Assembly (NCBI GenBank): GCA_023399095.1
Contig: JAEWQS010000006.1
Span: forward strand, 4,550-68,549
Source of the DNA: Bacillota bacterium
GTDB taxonomy: Bacteria; Bacillota; Clostridia; Christensenellales; SZUA-584
DNA length: 64,000 bases
Reading direction: 5' to 3'
Shown: positions 43,920-54,627 of the stretch, piece after piece
Layout: every line of letters starts with the position of its first letter
How positions within the stretch are numbered: the first letter of the stretch is position 1
Program-made: the position numbers and the translations under genes
Notes under the pieces: generated by a model
Told to the model about the DNA's origin: nothing
The model's database searches: none
What the model saw: only the letters and a program-made list of their open reading frames with translations

Positions 43920-44114
43920 TCATCTTTTTGTATTTGGTCCTTGAGCTTGTTTGACAGTATTGTGCTGTTGATTCTGATTCTGCTCAGAAATACCGTCTTT
44001 TTTGTTCATTAATTCGACCTTGTCGGCAGAAACCTTAAGAGATTTATTATCCTGTTTCCTTGTCAATTCTATCACCTCAAGATTAGTATGGAGCATTGGA
44101 AGAATTGTATTCAT
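43920..44114 (-). CDS. Small hydrophilic hypothetical protein (64 aa, Asn/Gln/Lys-rich)
   Basis: ORF only; no family recognised. Confidence 0.35.
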   Translation of the reverse strand: MNTILPMLHTNLEVIELTRKQDNKSLKVSADKVELMNKKDGISEQNQNQQHNTVKQAQGPNTKR

Positions 44115-44120
44115 AATTAA

Positions 44121-44825
44121 CTAGAAGGGTTTTTCTCCCGATAACCAGCCCTGAGCTTCCCAGTGGTTGCGGTCATGCAGATTCCACGTATTCTTCTTCA
44201 TCATGCCTTTCATTGCTCCAAACACAAGATGCGTAAACAGAGTTGGGTTTAAGTTATCCATTTTGTTTTTGGCTTTTACGATCTTTTTAGCGAGTATGGC
44301 AGTTTCTTTTTGAATGCTTTCTTTTTCTGTAATATCATCCCATTTCATAGCGGCAACGGTTTTCTTAAAGGTGAATGACCGTTTAACTCCCCAAAATTTT
44401 AAGCTGTTTGTCATTGTTTTTGTGGTATGTCCCAGCCCTGTTCCAGCTGTCGTCGTCATTGTGACGCCAACCTTGTTGAACATCTTGGGATTGGGACGGT
44501 GGCTGAACCACATAAAACAAAGATGATCGAGCAGCGTCTTAAGCTGCCCGCTAACATCCAGCGCGTAAACAGGCGATGTCATAATAATCAAATCTGCTTC
44601 TTCCATTGATTTCACAATGGGGCTGATAAACTGCGCGTGCGGGCATTTATCTTCGCCGCGAACGATGCAAGAGAAGCAGCCATTACAAAAATGCGGCATA
44701 TCCTTGGGTAAAACGAATTCAGTCGTTTCAACCTGTTCGTGCTTTGATAATGCTGCCAATAAGAGTTCTTTACAATGCCATGTGCTTCCGTGACGACTGG
44801 TACCGTTAATCACAACAACTTTCAT
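44121..44825 (-). CDS. Flavodoxin-fold NAD(P)H-dependent FMN reductase family protein (iron-sulfur flavoprotein-like)
   Basis: MKVVVINGTSRHGST and the CNGCFSC...C cysteine cluster. Co-oriented with the TetR gene upstream. Confidence 0.75.
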   Translation of the reverse strand: MKVVVINGTSRHGSTWHCKELLLAALSKHEQVETTEFVLPKDMPHFCNGCFSCIVRGEDKCPHAQFISPIVKSMEEADLIIMTSPVYALDVSGQLKTLLDHLCFMWFSHRPNPKMFNKVGVTMTTTAGTGLGHTTKTMTNSLKFWGVKRSFTFKKTVAAMKWDDITEKESIQKETAILAKKIVKAKNKMDNLNPTLFTHLVFGAMKGMMKKNTWNLHDRNHWEAQGWLSGEKPF

Positions 44826-44836
44826 TTAATTTACCT

Positions 44837-45484
44837 CTATAACTTATTACAATGCTTTTTTAATCCGTATGTTTGATTAAAATGTCGCACATGCTTGGCA
44901 ATTTGTTTTTTTGCTTGAATGAGTCCTTCAGTATCGTTGTCAAATTTATAAAAGATAAGAAATATGGGCGCGAAGAATTCCAATGCCAGAACATATGGAT
45001 CTACCTCAATAAGCAAGCCTTCCTTCATCAAAACAGCGAAAAGCTGTGATTGAAATTCCAAACTGCTGTCAAAAGAGATTTCGCGGTAGAGCTTTGCAAG
45101 CTCTTTACTTCGGTATTGTTCGATCGTGAGCATTTTGCGGAATTTCGTCATTATTTCATCACATAAGAAGTATTCGAGGATCTGAATACTTATAGCTTCA
45201 AATTGCTCCGGGGACATGGCTTTATACATATTGACTGTTCTCTCGTCCACAGCAAATGTCTTATCATCGTCTAGTATCAGAATTTTATAAAAAAACTCAT
45301 TTCCTCTGTCGCAATATTCACGCAGTATGCTATCGAAAATATCCTGTTTGTTTTTATAATGATTATAGAGAGAGCTTTCCTTAATACCAACCGAACGCGC
45401 AATATCTCTTACGGGCACAGAATCAAACCCTTTTTCCGAAAACAGATTTAATGCTTCGTTAAGAATCCTTTCCTTTGTCGTCAT
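44837..45484 (-). CDS. TetR/AcrR family transcriptional regulator
   Basis: N-terminal HTH ERILNEALNLFSEKGFDSVPVRDIARSVGIKESSLYNHYKNK. Confidence 0.88.
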   Translation of the reverse strand: MTTKERILNEALNLFSEKGFDSVPVRDIARSVGIKESSLYNHYKNKQDIFDSILREYCDRGNEFFYKILILDDDKTFAVDERTVNMYKAMSPEQFEAISIQILEYFLCDEIMTKFRKMLTIEQYRSKELAKLYREISFDSSLEFQSQLFAVLMKEGLLIEVDPYVLALEFFAPIFLIFYKFDNDTEGLIQAKKQIAKHVRHFNQTYGLKKHCNKL

Positions 45485-45519
45485 TGTAAACCTCATTTCA
45501 CTAAATTGCGCATTTTAAA

Positions 45520-45558
45520 CTAACACTCGTTAGCATCATATTAACTAACAAGTGTTAG
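45520..45558. promoter_or_regulatory. Two 14-bp palindromic operator candidates upstream of the TetR gene
   Basis: CTAACACTCGTTAG (45520-45533) and CTAACAAGTGTTAG (45545-45558). The second has perfect CTAACA/TGTTAG arms. Centres are 25 bp apart, and the sites lie 36-74 nt upstream of the tetR start. Confidence 0.45.
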
Positions 45559-45705
45559 TGTGTCAAGTTTTTTTATTTGAATTATTCATTTATATTTAAT
45601 TAATAAATGGTTATTTGGTTCAATTATGACTGTATAGCATTTAATTACATGTGTATTTTCCTATGCTCGCGGAGAAAATAATGATATAAAAAGGAGGTGA
45701 AAAAC

Positions 45706-45906
45706 ATGGCTAACAACAATTCGAATCAGACATTAGTTCCATCGTCCAAGCAGCTGCTTAACAACATGAAGTATGAAGTGGCGACAGAAGTTGGTGTCAG
45801 TCTGAAGCAGGGCTACAACGGAGACATCGCTGCCCGTGATGCTGGCAGAGTCGGCGGTAATATGGTTAAAAAGATGATCCAGTACGCTGAAAGCAATATG
45901 TCTTAA
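45706..45906 (+). CDS. Alpha/beta-type small acid-soluble spore protein
   Basis: LVPSSKQLLNNMKYEVATEVGV...ARDAGRVGGNMVKKMI is the canonical SASP signature. AAAGGAGGTG lies upstream. Confidence 0.9.
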   Translation: MANNNSNQTLVPSSKQLLNNMKYEVATEVGVSLKQGYNGDIAARDAGRVGGNMVKKMIQYAESNMS

Positions 45907-45934
45907 AGCCTAAGATCATAACACAAATAAAAAA

Positions 45935-45962
45935 AAGAAGGGTGAATCACTCTTCTTTTTTT
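45935..45962. terminator. Bidirectional terminator between the SASP gene and eno
   Basis: Stem AAGAAGGGTG/CACTCTTCTT flanked by an A-run and a T-run. Confidence 0.6.
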
Positions 45963-45968
45963 GTTAGT

Positions 45969-47294
<1,326 letters not shown>

Positions 47295-47428
47295 TTAATA
47301 AATAACAGTATTACCAGCCGTTTCAATTTAATTCTACGATATTTATGTGAAAGAAAACAAGAGATATTTCCAGAAAGATATAATAAACAAAGGATCTCCC
47401 AATAGGAGACCCTCTGCTGAAATGGAGG

Positions 47429-47593
47429 TTATGTCCGTGACTTTTCGGCCATCTCGATCGCCTCACGAACAATATTACCGCAATTTCTCGATGAAACACT
47501 GCCCCATCCTTCGCTTGCTACGATATCATCAACACCAAGCCGCTTTGCAATATCTTGTTTCAGGGCTTCTGACATTACCTTGTGTCTAGACAT
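47429..47593 (-). CDS. Divergent small acid-soluble spore protein-like ORF (54 aa), below the ORF-track length cutoff
   Basis: The minus strand gives MSRHKVMSEALKQDIAKRLGVDDIVASEGWGSVSSRNCGNIVREAIEMAEKSRT. GGAGGT lies 7 nt upstream of the ATG. The K..IA..LGV....G..SSR..G.IV pattern resembles alpha/beta SASPs. Confidence 0.55.
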   Translation of the reverse strand: MSRHKVMSEALKQDIAKRLGVDDIVASEGWGSVSSRNCGNIVREAIEMAEKSRT

Positions 47594-47743
47594 TTACATA
47601 CCTCCTATCCATATTCACGGCCTAACGCCGCTAAGAATAGTATTCCCCGTTTTGTTATCACTAGCTTGTAAACATGAAGCAACAAATTCACTATATTGCC
47701 TGGGCATAGAAGCCCAAGCAGCACTGACTAATTCTGTTATTGC

Positions 47744-48292
47744 CTAAATAATAAAGAAATATGAAACAAAAGCCGCAAGAGCAGAACCGATCACATTAAA
47801 GATCATATCAAGGTCAGTATCCTTGAGATTTTTCTGCATTTTTGTATGCTTTGTCTTATCAAATAAGAATTCAATGATCTCAAATACTGCGCCGATGGCT
47901 ATTCCCAGCACAAAAACAAATATAACAGCATACAGTTTGGGAGTAATAACTGGTTTCAAAATTTTATCAATCAAAGAGTAAAAGAAAAGCGCGTAAGAAA
48001 ACGAACCATATGCGTGAAGATATCGGTCAAACACCATTGATCTCATAAATAGATTTTTATAGTAACCAAAAAACGTCTGGATAAATATCGATATCATCAC
48101 CAAAACAAGTATAAGCTTTGACACATCGATCCCAAAGAAAATATCTGCAAGAACATAGAGAAAAAACAGAAGTGAACTCGTTAAAGTAGCCTGTAAAAGA
48201 AGCTTGTTTTTTTGTATTGCAAATGAATAAATGATAAAAGCTTCTATCAACGCATAAGCAATAAAAAAAACGATGAATATAGTAAGCCTCAT
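47744..48292 (-). CDS. Hypothetical integral membrane protein (5-6 TM)
   Basis: ORF with strongly hydrophobic periodic segments. No family recognised. Confidence 0.6.
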   Translation of the reverse strand: MRLTIFIVFFIAYALIEAFIIYSFAIQKNKLLLQATLTSSLLFFLYVLADIFFGIDVSKLILVLVMISIFIQTFFGYYKNLFMRSMVFDRYLHAYGSFSYALFFYSLIDKILKPVITPKLYAVIFVFVLGIAIGAVFEIIEFLFDKTKHTKMQKNLKDTDLDMIFNVIGSALAAFVSYFFII

Positions 48293-48407
48293 TTGGTCTA
48301 CCCTTCGAGTTTTTTGTATCTATCTACTATTATCATTATTAAGCGAAAATAATATTCAGTTATAAGTGAAATCCATAGCACACGAAAAGGTTTATTAGGG
48401 CGCAGGT

Positions 48408-48439
48408 TAAAAAATACCGGTTCGATTAGGAGCCGGTAT
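48408..48439 (-). terminator. Rho-independent terminator after tlp
   Basis: Stem ATACCGG/CCGGTAT with a 12-nt loop, followed by TTTTTT on the minus strand. Confidence 0.55.
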
Positions 48440-48449
48440 GAAAAGGCGT

Positions 48450-48686
48450 CTATTCTTTTTTCTGAGCTTTTGCTTCATCGCGTATTTCTGAACGCATGCC
48501 ATCTAGCGCTTGCCTTCTTCGATCATTCTTTTCGGAAAGCGTCTTCTTCATCTTGTCATCAGATGTTTCGGCGATCATTTCATCAGCCGCCTCCATATTC
48601 TGAATCGTATAATTGATATTTCTCTGTATGTTCTCCACGTTATCTTCGCGATTATCTGGGTTCGGACGATTATTATGTTTCCTCAT
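48450..48686 (-). CDS. tlp: Small acid-soluble spore protein Tlp
   Basis: NPDNREDNVENIQRNINYTIQNMEAADEMI...KNDRRRQALDGMRSEIRDEA parallels Bacillus Tlp (PNPDDRSDNVEKLQ...). Start taken at the internal ATG. Confidence 0.7.
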   Translation of the reverse strand: MRKHNNRPNPDNREDNVENIQRNINYTIQNMEAADEMIAETSDDKMKKTLSEKNDRRRQALDGMRSEIRDEAKAQKKE

Positions 48687-48760
48687 CAGTATGCTCCTTT
48701 TGCATTTTCTTTTATGATTATTATGCAGCAATGAGCATTTTTTTATGTATAAAATCGCTA

Positions 48761-49183
48761 CTAGGACATTGCCGAAGATAACAATTGCGTTTTGTCGTAA
48801 TAAAACTGCAGGATATCTCTTCGTGTGACAATGCCGATAAATAGCCCCCGATCGTCCGTAACGGGAATAAAGTTCTGATTCATGGCCATAAGTAATAAAT
48901 CTTCAATCGCTGCATTAACATTTACGGGTTCATTCTGTCGCCCTTTTAATATATCTTTGACGAATAATTGTTCCTTAGTATGGTTGTCAAAAGCATTATT
49001 ATTCAAAATGGCCCACAGCAAATCACCTTCACTGAGCGTCCCGGCATAGCTGCCGTCTCGGTCTATAACAGGAATAGCAGAATAACAGTGGCATTTCATT
49101 TTTTCGAGTGCTTGGCGCAAGGTGAAATGATCGTAAATATACACGATATCGCCTTTTGGTTTTAGAAAAAACAGTATGTTCAT
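48761..49183 (-). CDS. CBS domain pair protein
   Basis: 140 aa with two CBS-like repeats (IPVIDRDGSYAGTLSEGDLL and IPVTDDRGLFIGIVTRRDIL). Confidence 0.8.
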   Translation of the reverse strand: MNILFFLKPKGDIVYIYDHFTLRQALEKMKCHCYSAIPVIDRDGSYAGTLSEGDLLWAILNNNAFDNHTKEQLFVKDILKGRQNEPVNVNAAIEDLLLMAMNQNFIPVTDDRGLFIGIVTRRDILQFYYDKTQLLSSAMS

Positions 49184-49329
49184 GATGCTCCATTCTCATT
49201 TATACATTAATTAATCTTCCTGTTTCGTTATAACATATTTAAATCATTTGCATCAACCCAATTTGACGAGAACATAAAAAGTTCACATTTTATCATGTTA
49301 TTATCAGTAAACTATGCTTATTTTGGAAG

Positions 49330-49362
49330 AGAAAAAACAGCCAGCTGATTTAGCGGGCTGTT
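49330..49362 (-). terminator. Rho-independent terminator after the LCP gene
   Basis: Stem CAGCCCGC/GCTGGCTG followed by TTTTTT on the minus strand. Confidence 0.55.
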
Positions 49363-49371
49363 ATACTTCAT

Positions 49372-50403
49372 CTATTCTTCTAAAAAATTGTGCAATTTCT
49401 TTATCTCTATCTTGAAGTCTTTTGGCTGAACAATATCTTTTGATTTATATGAACCATATTCATAGTCATCCGGATAACGGAATTTTTCTATCTCGGAGGT
49501 TTTCAATCCCATGATAGTGGAGGCAATATCGATCATCTTACTCGCAGGCTTGATATCAGTTCTAACATAGTTTGACATCGTATCAATGAGACCGGGAAGC
49601 TGACCGATATTTACGTCCTTGGCCTTTGAGAACAGCTGAGATAAAACGTTCTGCTGACGCTCAATTCTTGCAATATCTGTACCCACTTTACGGATTCTCA
49701 TATAAGCGACGGCTTGCCGTCCATTTAAATGCTGCACACCTGAATCTTCTACAAGAGATACGCTGTTATCAGGGTCGTGTTCGTTGATTTCCTGTATGGA
49801 GCCGTTCATATGAGACACTTCAGCATCACTCAATTTAATGTCAACACCGTCAAGTGCGTTAATGATGTCCTCCATGCCATAGAAGTTCACCACAATATAG
49901 TAGTCAGGTATCAAACCTAAAGTCGTTTTTAGCGTTTTCTTTGTTAGGTCAATATTGCCATAGTTAAAGGCAGTATTGATTTTATTATAATCATGTCCTT
50001 CTATGGGAACAAGCGTATCTCTCATGATAGAGGCAAGCTTCAATTCTCCCGTGTTCGTATCAATACGAAGATACATCAAAACATCTGACAGCCCTGTGAA
50101 CTTCGATACATTACGGTTGTCAACACCGACTAAGAGAATATCGATATTGCCTTGAGATTTTATGAGTTCACTCACTTCACCGCCGCTGTAAGTAACCGTG
50201 GGGTAGTCTCCCAAGTCCTCGTCATCTTCTTCAGCGATATCGTTAGGGTCGAAGCCTAAGTCGCCCGTTATTTTCTCATAGTTTACCCATACGTAGACAC
50301 CGCATCCAATCAATAATGCCAGTAATACACAAAAAATGATAAGAAGGGTCTTAAAAGCTTTTCTTTTTTCTTTTGGACGCGGCTTATTTATTATATTCAT
50401 CAA
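49372..50403 (-). CDS. LytR-CpsA-Psr (LCP) family cell-envelope phosphotransferase
   Basis: N-terminal TM anchor and the NILLVGVDNR...SDVLMYLRID...SIMRDT core motifs. Confidence 0.85.
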   Translation of the reverse strand: MMNIINKPRPKEKRKAFKTLLIIFCVLLALLIGCGVYVWVNYEKITGDLGFDPNDIAEEDDEDLGDYPTVTYSGGEVSELIKSQGNIDILLVGVDNRNVSKFTGLSDVLMYLRIDTNTGELKLASIMRDTLVPIEGHDYNKINTAFNYGNIDLTKKTLKTTLGLIPDYYIVVNFYGMEDIINALDGVDIKLSDAEVSHMNGSIQEINEHDPDNSVSLVEDSGVQHLNGRQAVAYMRIRKVGTDIARIERQQNVLSQLFSKAKDVNIGQLPGLIDTMSNYVRTDIKPASKMIDIASTIMGLKTSEIEKFRYPDDYEYGSYKSKDIVQPKDFKIEIKKLHNFLEE

Positions 50404-50592
50404 TCATCATCCTTTTCTAAATAAATTATCCCCCTCGCCAATAATCCTATACTAATAACTATTTATACCATATAACGATTGAATGCGTCTATCATTATCA
50501 TTGGTGGTTAGTACTTAACTCAAATATTTCTATGGATGAAGCATGCATCTCGTGGAAATAATATGTTAAAACCAATATGACGGAGGAAACAA

Positions 50593-50865
50593 ATGAAAAG
50601 ATATCCGGAAGTATTTAAAAAACAAGAGAACAGCTTTGAAGATGACTATGCCTCGCTCGATATTGCATCAACAATGGATTGCACCGGAATGATCCCAACG
50701 CCTCCACTCAATAATGATGAGGTTGATAATTATTCTGATATTTACTCTGTACCGCAGCAAAGCGCAGTGAATGCAAATAATGTCGCCACAACATCACAGC
50801 AGGAAAAAATAAGTTCAGTTAAAGGAGATAAAGAAAGCGTTTTACCACAAAACAGGCAAAGTTAA
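50593..50865 (+). CDS. Hypothetical protein (90 aa)
   Basis: ORF with GGAGGA upstream. No family recognised. Confidence 0.4.
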   Translation: MKRYPEVFKKQENSFEDDYASLDIASTMDCTGMIPTPPLNNDEVDNYSDIYSVPQQSAVNANNVATTSQQEKISSVKGDKESVLPQNRQS

Positions 50866-50871
50866 GTAATA

Positions 50872-51858
50872 TTATTTTTCATATCCGCCCGGATGGCTGG
50901 TGTGCCAATTCCATGCAGATTCGATAATTTTGCCGATATCATCATTGTTCGGGCTCCAGCCGAGAACCTCTCTGGCCTTGCCGGAATCGGCCACAAGTCG
51001 CGCAGGGTCTCCCTCGCGTCTTGGTGCCATATCCACTCTGAAGTCTTTGCCTGTGACCTCTTTGACCTTGCTGATAACCTCCATCACGGAAAAACCGTTA
51101 CCGCTGCCGAGGTTGAAGCTGCCTGAATGGCCGCCGTTCTTCAGGTATTCCAGTGCCAGTATGTGCGCGTCTGCTAAATCGGACACATGGATATAGTCTC
51201 GGATACAAGTGCCGTCAGGTGTGTCATAGTCCTGCCCGAACACCTTGATGCTTTCCCTTTTGCCCATTGCGGCCTGCAGAATGATAGGAATCAAGTGGGA
51301 TTCCGGGTCATGATCTTCGCCTATTTGACCAGATTCGTGTGCTCCGGCCGCGTTAAAGTAACGCGGAGCAGCCCATTTGATACCGTAGGCTTCATCGCAC
51401 CACCTCAGCATTTTCTCCACTGTCAGTTTTGTTTCACCATACGGATTAACAGGATTCTTTTCGCTGTCTTCCTTGATGGGTATCGACTTTGGATAGCCGT
51501 ATACCGCGGCTGTAGATGAAAAGACGATATTTCTGACTTTATGTTTCTGCATGCTTTCCAGCATGCAGATTACTGTGTATACGTTATTTCTGTAGAACGT
51601 CAGCGGATCCTTCATGCTAAGCCCTACTTCTATGTCTGCTGCAAAATGGATGACAGAATCGATGTCATTTTCGGAAAACACACTGTCCATAAACGCTGCA
51701 TTGCGGATATCGCCGATATACAGCTTGCCGCCCAGTACAGCCTGCTTGTGTCCCTTAACGAGGCTATCGACCACGACGACCTCCTGCCCTCTTTGCAGCA
51801 GCTCCGCCACCGTATGGCTGCCGATATATCCTGCGCCGCCTGCGACCATTATCGCCAT
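50872..51858 (-). CDS. galE: UDP-glucose 4-epimerase
   Basis: GGAGYIGSH, the YGETK catalytic motif, and RDYIHV.DLA.AH. Confidence 0.92.
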   Translation of the reverse strand: MAIMVAGGAGYIGSHTVAELLQRGQEVVVVDSLVKGHKQAVLGGKLYIGDIRNAAFMDSVFSENDIDSVIHFAADIEVGLSMKDPLTFYRNNVYTVICMLESMQKHKVRNIVFSSTAAVYGYPKSIPIKEDSEKNPVNPYGETKLTVEKMLRWCDEAYGIKWAAPRYFNAAGAHESGQIGEDHDPESHLIPIILQAAMGKRESIKVFGQDYDTPDGTCIRDYIHVSDLADAHILALEYLKNGGHSGSFNLGSGNGFSVMEVISKVKEVTGKDFRVDMAPRREGDPARLVADSGKAREVLGWSPNNDDIGKIIESAWNWHTSHPGGYEK

Positions 51859-53027
51859 TCTTCTACCTCCGTTGCACCTTGCCCCGCGTCCGATTGATAG
51901 AACGTCGGTTCATACCCTATTTGCTTAAAATATTCTTCTCTGACAATCAGTTTGAACGGCTCGACCATGTTCTTTTTGACAATGCTGATGTTGCAGCCGC
52001 CAAAGCCCCCGCCCGTCATTCTTGAGCCGATCACTCCATCGGTTTTCATCGCAATGTCAAACACTGCATCGAGCTCCTTGCCTGTTGCCTCATAGTCGTC
52101 CCTGATTGATATGTGCGCCTCTTTCAGCAGAGAACCGAATGTCATGATATCACCTTTTTGAAGAGATATCAACGACATCAGCGTCCGCTTTTCCTCTGTC
52201 ACGCAATGCCTCGCGCGCCTGTACAGTGTTTCATTATTGAAAAAGCCTTTATATGTTTCCAACTCCGTTATGCCGATCTCACAAAGGTGCTTGTACTGCC
52301 CCCCGTGTACGTTGATGATCGAAAGCGCCTGATCGCACTCGCTGCGCCTTTGATTATACTGAGAGTCTGTCAGTTTGTGCGGCGCATTCGTGTTCGTGAT
52401 GACAATGGTATATTCGCCAAGCTCCAACGGCACATATTGATAATCAAGCGTATCACAGTTCAGGAATATCGCATGATCTTTCTTCCCTACCGCAGATATG
52501 AACTGATCCATGATGCCGCAGTTCATGCCCACATATTGATTTTCTGCCCTTTGGCACAACACAGCGATATCTTCCATCACAAGCTTCTCGGTTCCGCCCA
52601 GTTTAGCGAGGCAAACAGCCGTGGCGACTTCGATAGATGCGGACGATGAAAGGCCCGCGCCGTATGGCACGTTGCCGTGATACAACAGATCACAGCCGAT
52701 AAGCGGATACCCGTCCTGCTGCAGCATAAACGCCACGCCGCACTGGTAGTTGCCCCATTTCAGATTCTTGTAATTAATAAGATTATCCAATCGAGCGGAA
52801 ACACGATCAGGAAGGTCTGTCACCGCCATATTGAGCACATCTTGGCCATTGGGACGTGCCACAATGATATTTTTTAAATCCAGCGCGACCGGAAAAACGT
52901 GCCCGCCGTTGTAATCGATATGTTCACCGATCAGGTTGATCCTGCCTGGCGCTTCAAATATCCGGATACTTTCCTCGGTGCCACCAAATATTTTTATAAA
53001 TTCTTCGACAAGAACAGAACACGTCAT
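51849..53027 (-). CDS. galK: Galactokinase
   Basis: The galactokinase signature GRINLIGEHIDYNGG and the GHMP motif GAGLSSSAS. Confidence 0.92.
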   Translation of the reverse strand: MTCSVLVEEFIKIFGGTEESIRIFEAPGRINLIGEHIDYNGGHVFPVALDLKNIIVARPNGQDVLNMAVTDLPDRVSARLDNLINYKNLKWGNYQCGVAFMLQQDGYPLIGCDLLYHGNVPYGAGLSSSASIEVATAVCLAKLGGTEKLVMEDIAVLCQRAENQYVGMNCGIMDQFISAVGKKDHAIFLNCDTLDYQYVPLELGEYTIVITNTNAPHKLTDSQYNQRRSECDQALSIINVHGGQYKHLCEIGITELETYKGFFNNETLYRRARHCVTEEKRTLMSLISLQKGDIMTFGSLLKEAHISIRDDYEATGKELDAVFDIAMKTDGVIGSRMTGGGFGGCNISIVKKNMVEPFKLIVREEYFKQIGYEPTFYQSDAGQGATEVEEWR

Positions 53028-53998
53028 ACATCGGCCCTCGTAATATATTTTTGATATGCTTCTCTCAATTCCACAGCCTTTTCTTCGGGCGCTGTGGGAT
53101 TACAGTGCGCGCCGGCACCCGTTTCACTAGACGCGAGGAACTGCTGCTTTTCCTTGGAACGCATAGGCGGAAAGAACTCGATATGGAAATGGAAGCCCTC
53201 GATGTCGCTCGTGTTGACGGGTGCGTTGTACATACACATCATATATGGGAACGGCATATCAAAGAGGCTGTCGTACATTCCCACCGTGTCTCTTACAGTT
53301 CGTGCGAGCGCGATTTTCTCCTCGTCGCTGAAATCTGTGATAAACTTTTTATGTGTCTTGGAAATAATCTGTGTACCGTATGCGAACTCCGCAAAGAACG
53401 GAATGATTACGCTAAAATGTTCGTCCTCAAAAATGACACGCTGTTTGAACGCCTGCTCGGCTTTTAGCCAATCGCAGAAAAGACATTTGCCTGTTTCCGC
53501 GAGATATTTTTTCGCGCTGTCAAACTTCAACTCAACCTTTTTGGGCATAAAGGGATAGGCGTATATTTGGCCGTGCGGATGCGGCATAGTGACGCCCACA
53601 ACATCGCCCCGGTTTTCAAATATCATGATGTACTTTGATTTTTCGTATTTGGACAGCGCGTCAAACCGTTCGCACCAAAGCTCGACCAATCTTCTCACAT
53701 GCTCTGTGGAAAGCTGCGGCAGTGTGATATTGTGCTCGGGTGAGTATAATATCACTTCACATTTTCCATATGACTTTTCAGTTTTGAAAAAATCGGATGC
53801 CACATCATCGGGCTCCGGCGGGTTCATTGAGAGAGCCGGAAAGTCGTTATCGTACTTGAGCACATCAAATTTGTCCGGCACTCTGCCCGAGCCCGGGCAA
53901 AAAGGGCACCAATCTTTTGGCATTTGCGGTCTGTTCTGCCTTGCGGACGCCACCATGATCCAATCGTTTTTAAACGGGTTAAATCTTAATTCTGCCAT
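53024..53998 (-). CDS. galT: Galactose-1-phosphate uridylyltransferase (HIT-type)
   Basis: CPFCPG zinc motif and the HPHGQIY active-site His-x-His. First gene of a galT-galK-galE operon with overlapping junctions. Confidence 0.9.
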   Translation of the reverse strand: MAELRFNPFKNDWIMVASARQNRPQMPKDWCPFCPGSGRVPDKFDVLKYDNDFPALSMNPPEPDDVASDFFKTEKSYGKCEVILYSPEHNITLPQLSTEHVRRLVELWCERFDALSKYEKSKYIMIFENRGDVVGVTMPHPHGQIYAYPFMPKKVELKFDSAKKYLAETGKCLFCDWLKAEQAFKQRVIFEDEHFSVIIPFFAEFAYGTQIISKTHKKFITDFSDEEKIALARTVRDTVGMYDSLFDMPFPYMMCMYNAPVNTSDIEGFHFHIEFFPPMRSKEKQQFLASSETGAGAHCNPTAPEEKAVELREAYQKYITRADV

Positions 53999-54138
53999 TT
54001 TAGACCTCTTATAATGTGGTTATTTTGAGATATATACTATCCTAATGGAAATGTTGGCTAAAATCAATATTAAATATAGAGTATCGTAAAAAAACGCAAC
54101 GAAGCGTACATAAACGAAAGCAAACCCGTTTAGAGACT

Positions 54139-54627
54139 TTAAAAGTAAACAAGCTGTGCATTGATTGTATGATAACATTCTATTATACCCAATGAGTATT
54201 GCTTATTACGCCGTTTGTCTGTGGGCGAACCAGGATTGAATAGCAATATCTGATCATGATACGCGCAATATGGGATATGGCTGTGACCAAAAATGATGCA
54301 ATCCACAGGATCATCATTGAAACAAGCAACAGCCCTTCCTAATGTATTGCCTTTGCTGCCGTGTCCATGAAAAATACCGAATCGAAAACGGCGAAAGCTT
54401 ACTATTTTCGTCTCACCCAGTTGTTCTCTTACCTCAAGCGGGTCAACATTACCTGCAACGACAGTCACGGGAGCCAGTGTTTCTAGTTTGTGGATGACGC
54501 TAAGGCTTACAATATCACCGGCGTGAATAATATGATCCACATCTTTGAACTTATCAATCAAAAACTCGGGGAGTTCTTTTGCTTTGCTCGGGATATGTGT
54601 ATCTGCCAGCACACCGATTTTTATCAT
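54139..54627 (-). CDS. YfcE/MJ0936-type metallophosphoesterase
   Basis: Motifs LADTH, HAGD, GNVD, HGH and GHSH. Confidence 0.8.
   Translation of the reverse strand: MIKIGVLADTHIPSKAKELPEFLIDKFKDVDHIIHAGDIVSLSVIHKLETLAPVTVVAGNVDPLEVREQLGETKIVSFRRFRFGIFHGHGSKGNTLGRAVACFNDDPVDCIIFGHSHIPYCAYHDQILLFNPGSPTDKRRNKQYSLGIIECYHTINAQLVYF

Noticed and set aside
47347-47589. 80-aa plus-strand ORF
   Set aside because: It has no RBS and no recognisable product. The opposite strand encodes a SASP-like peptide with a strong SD.
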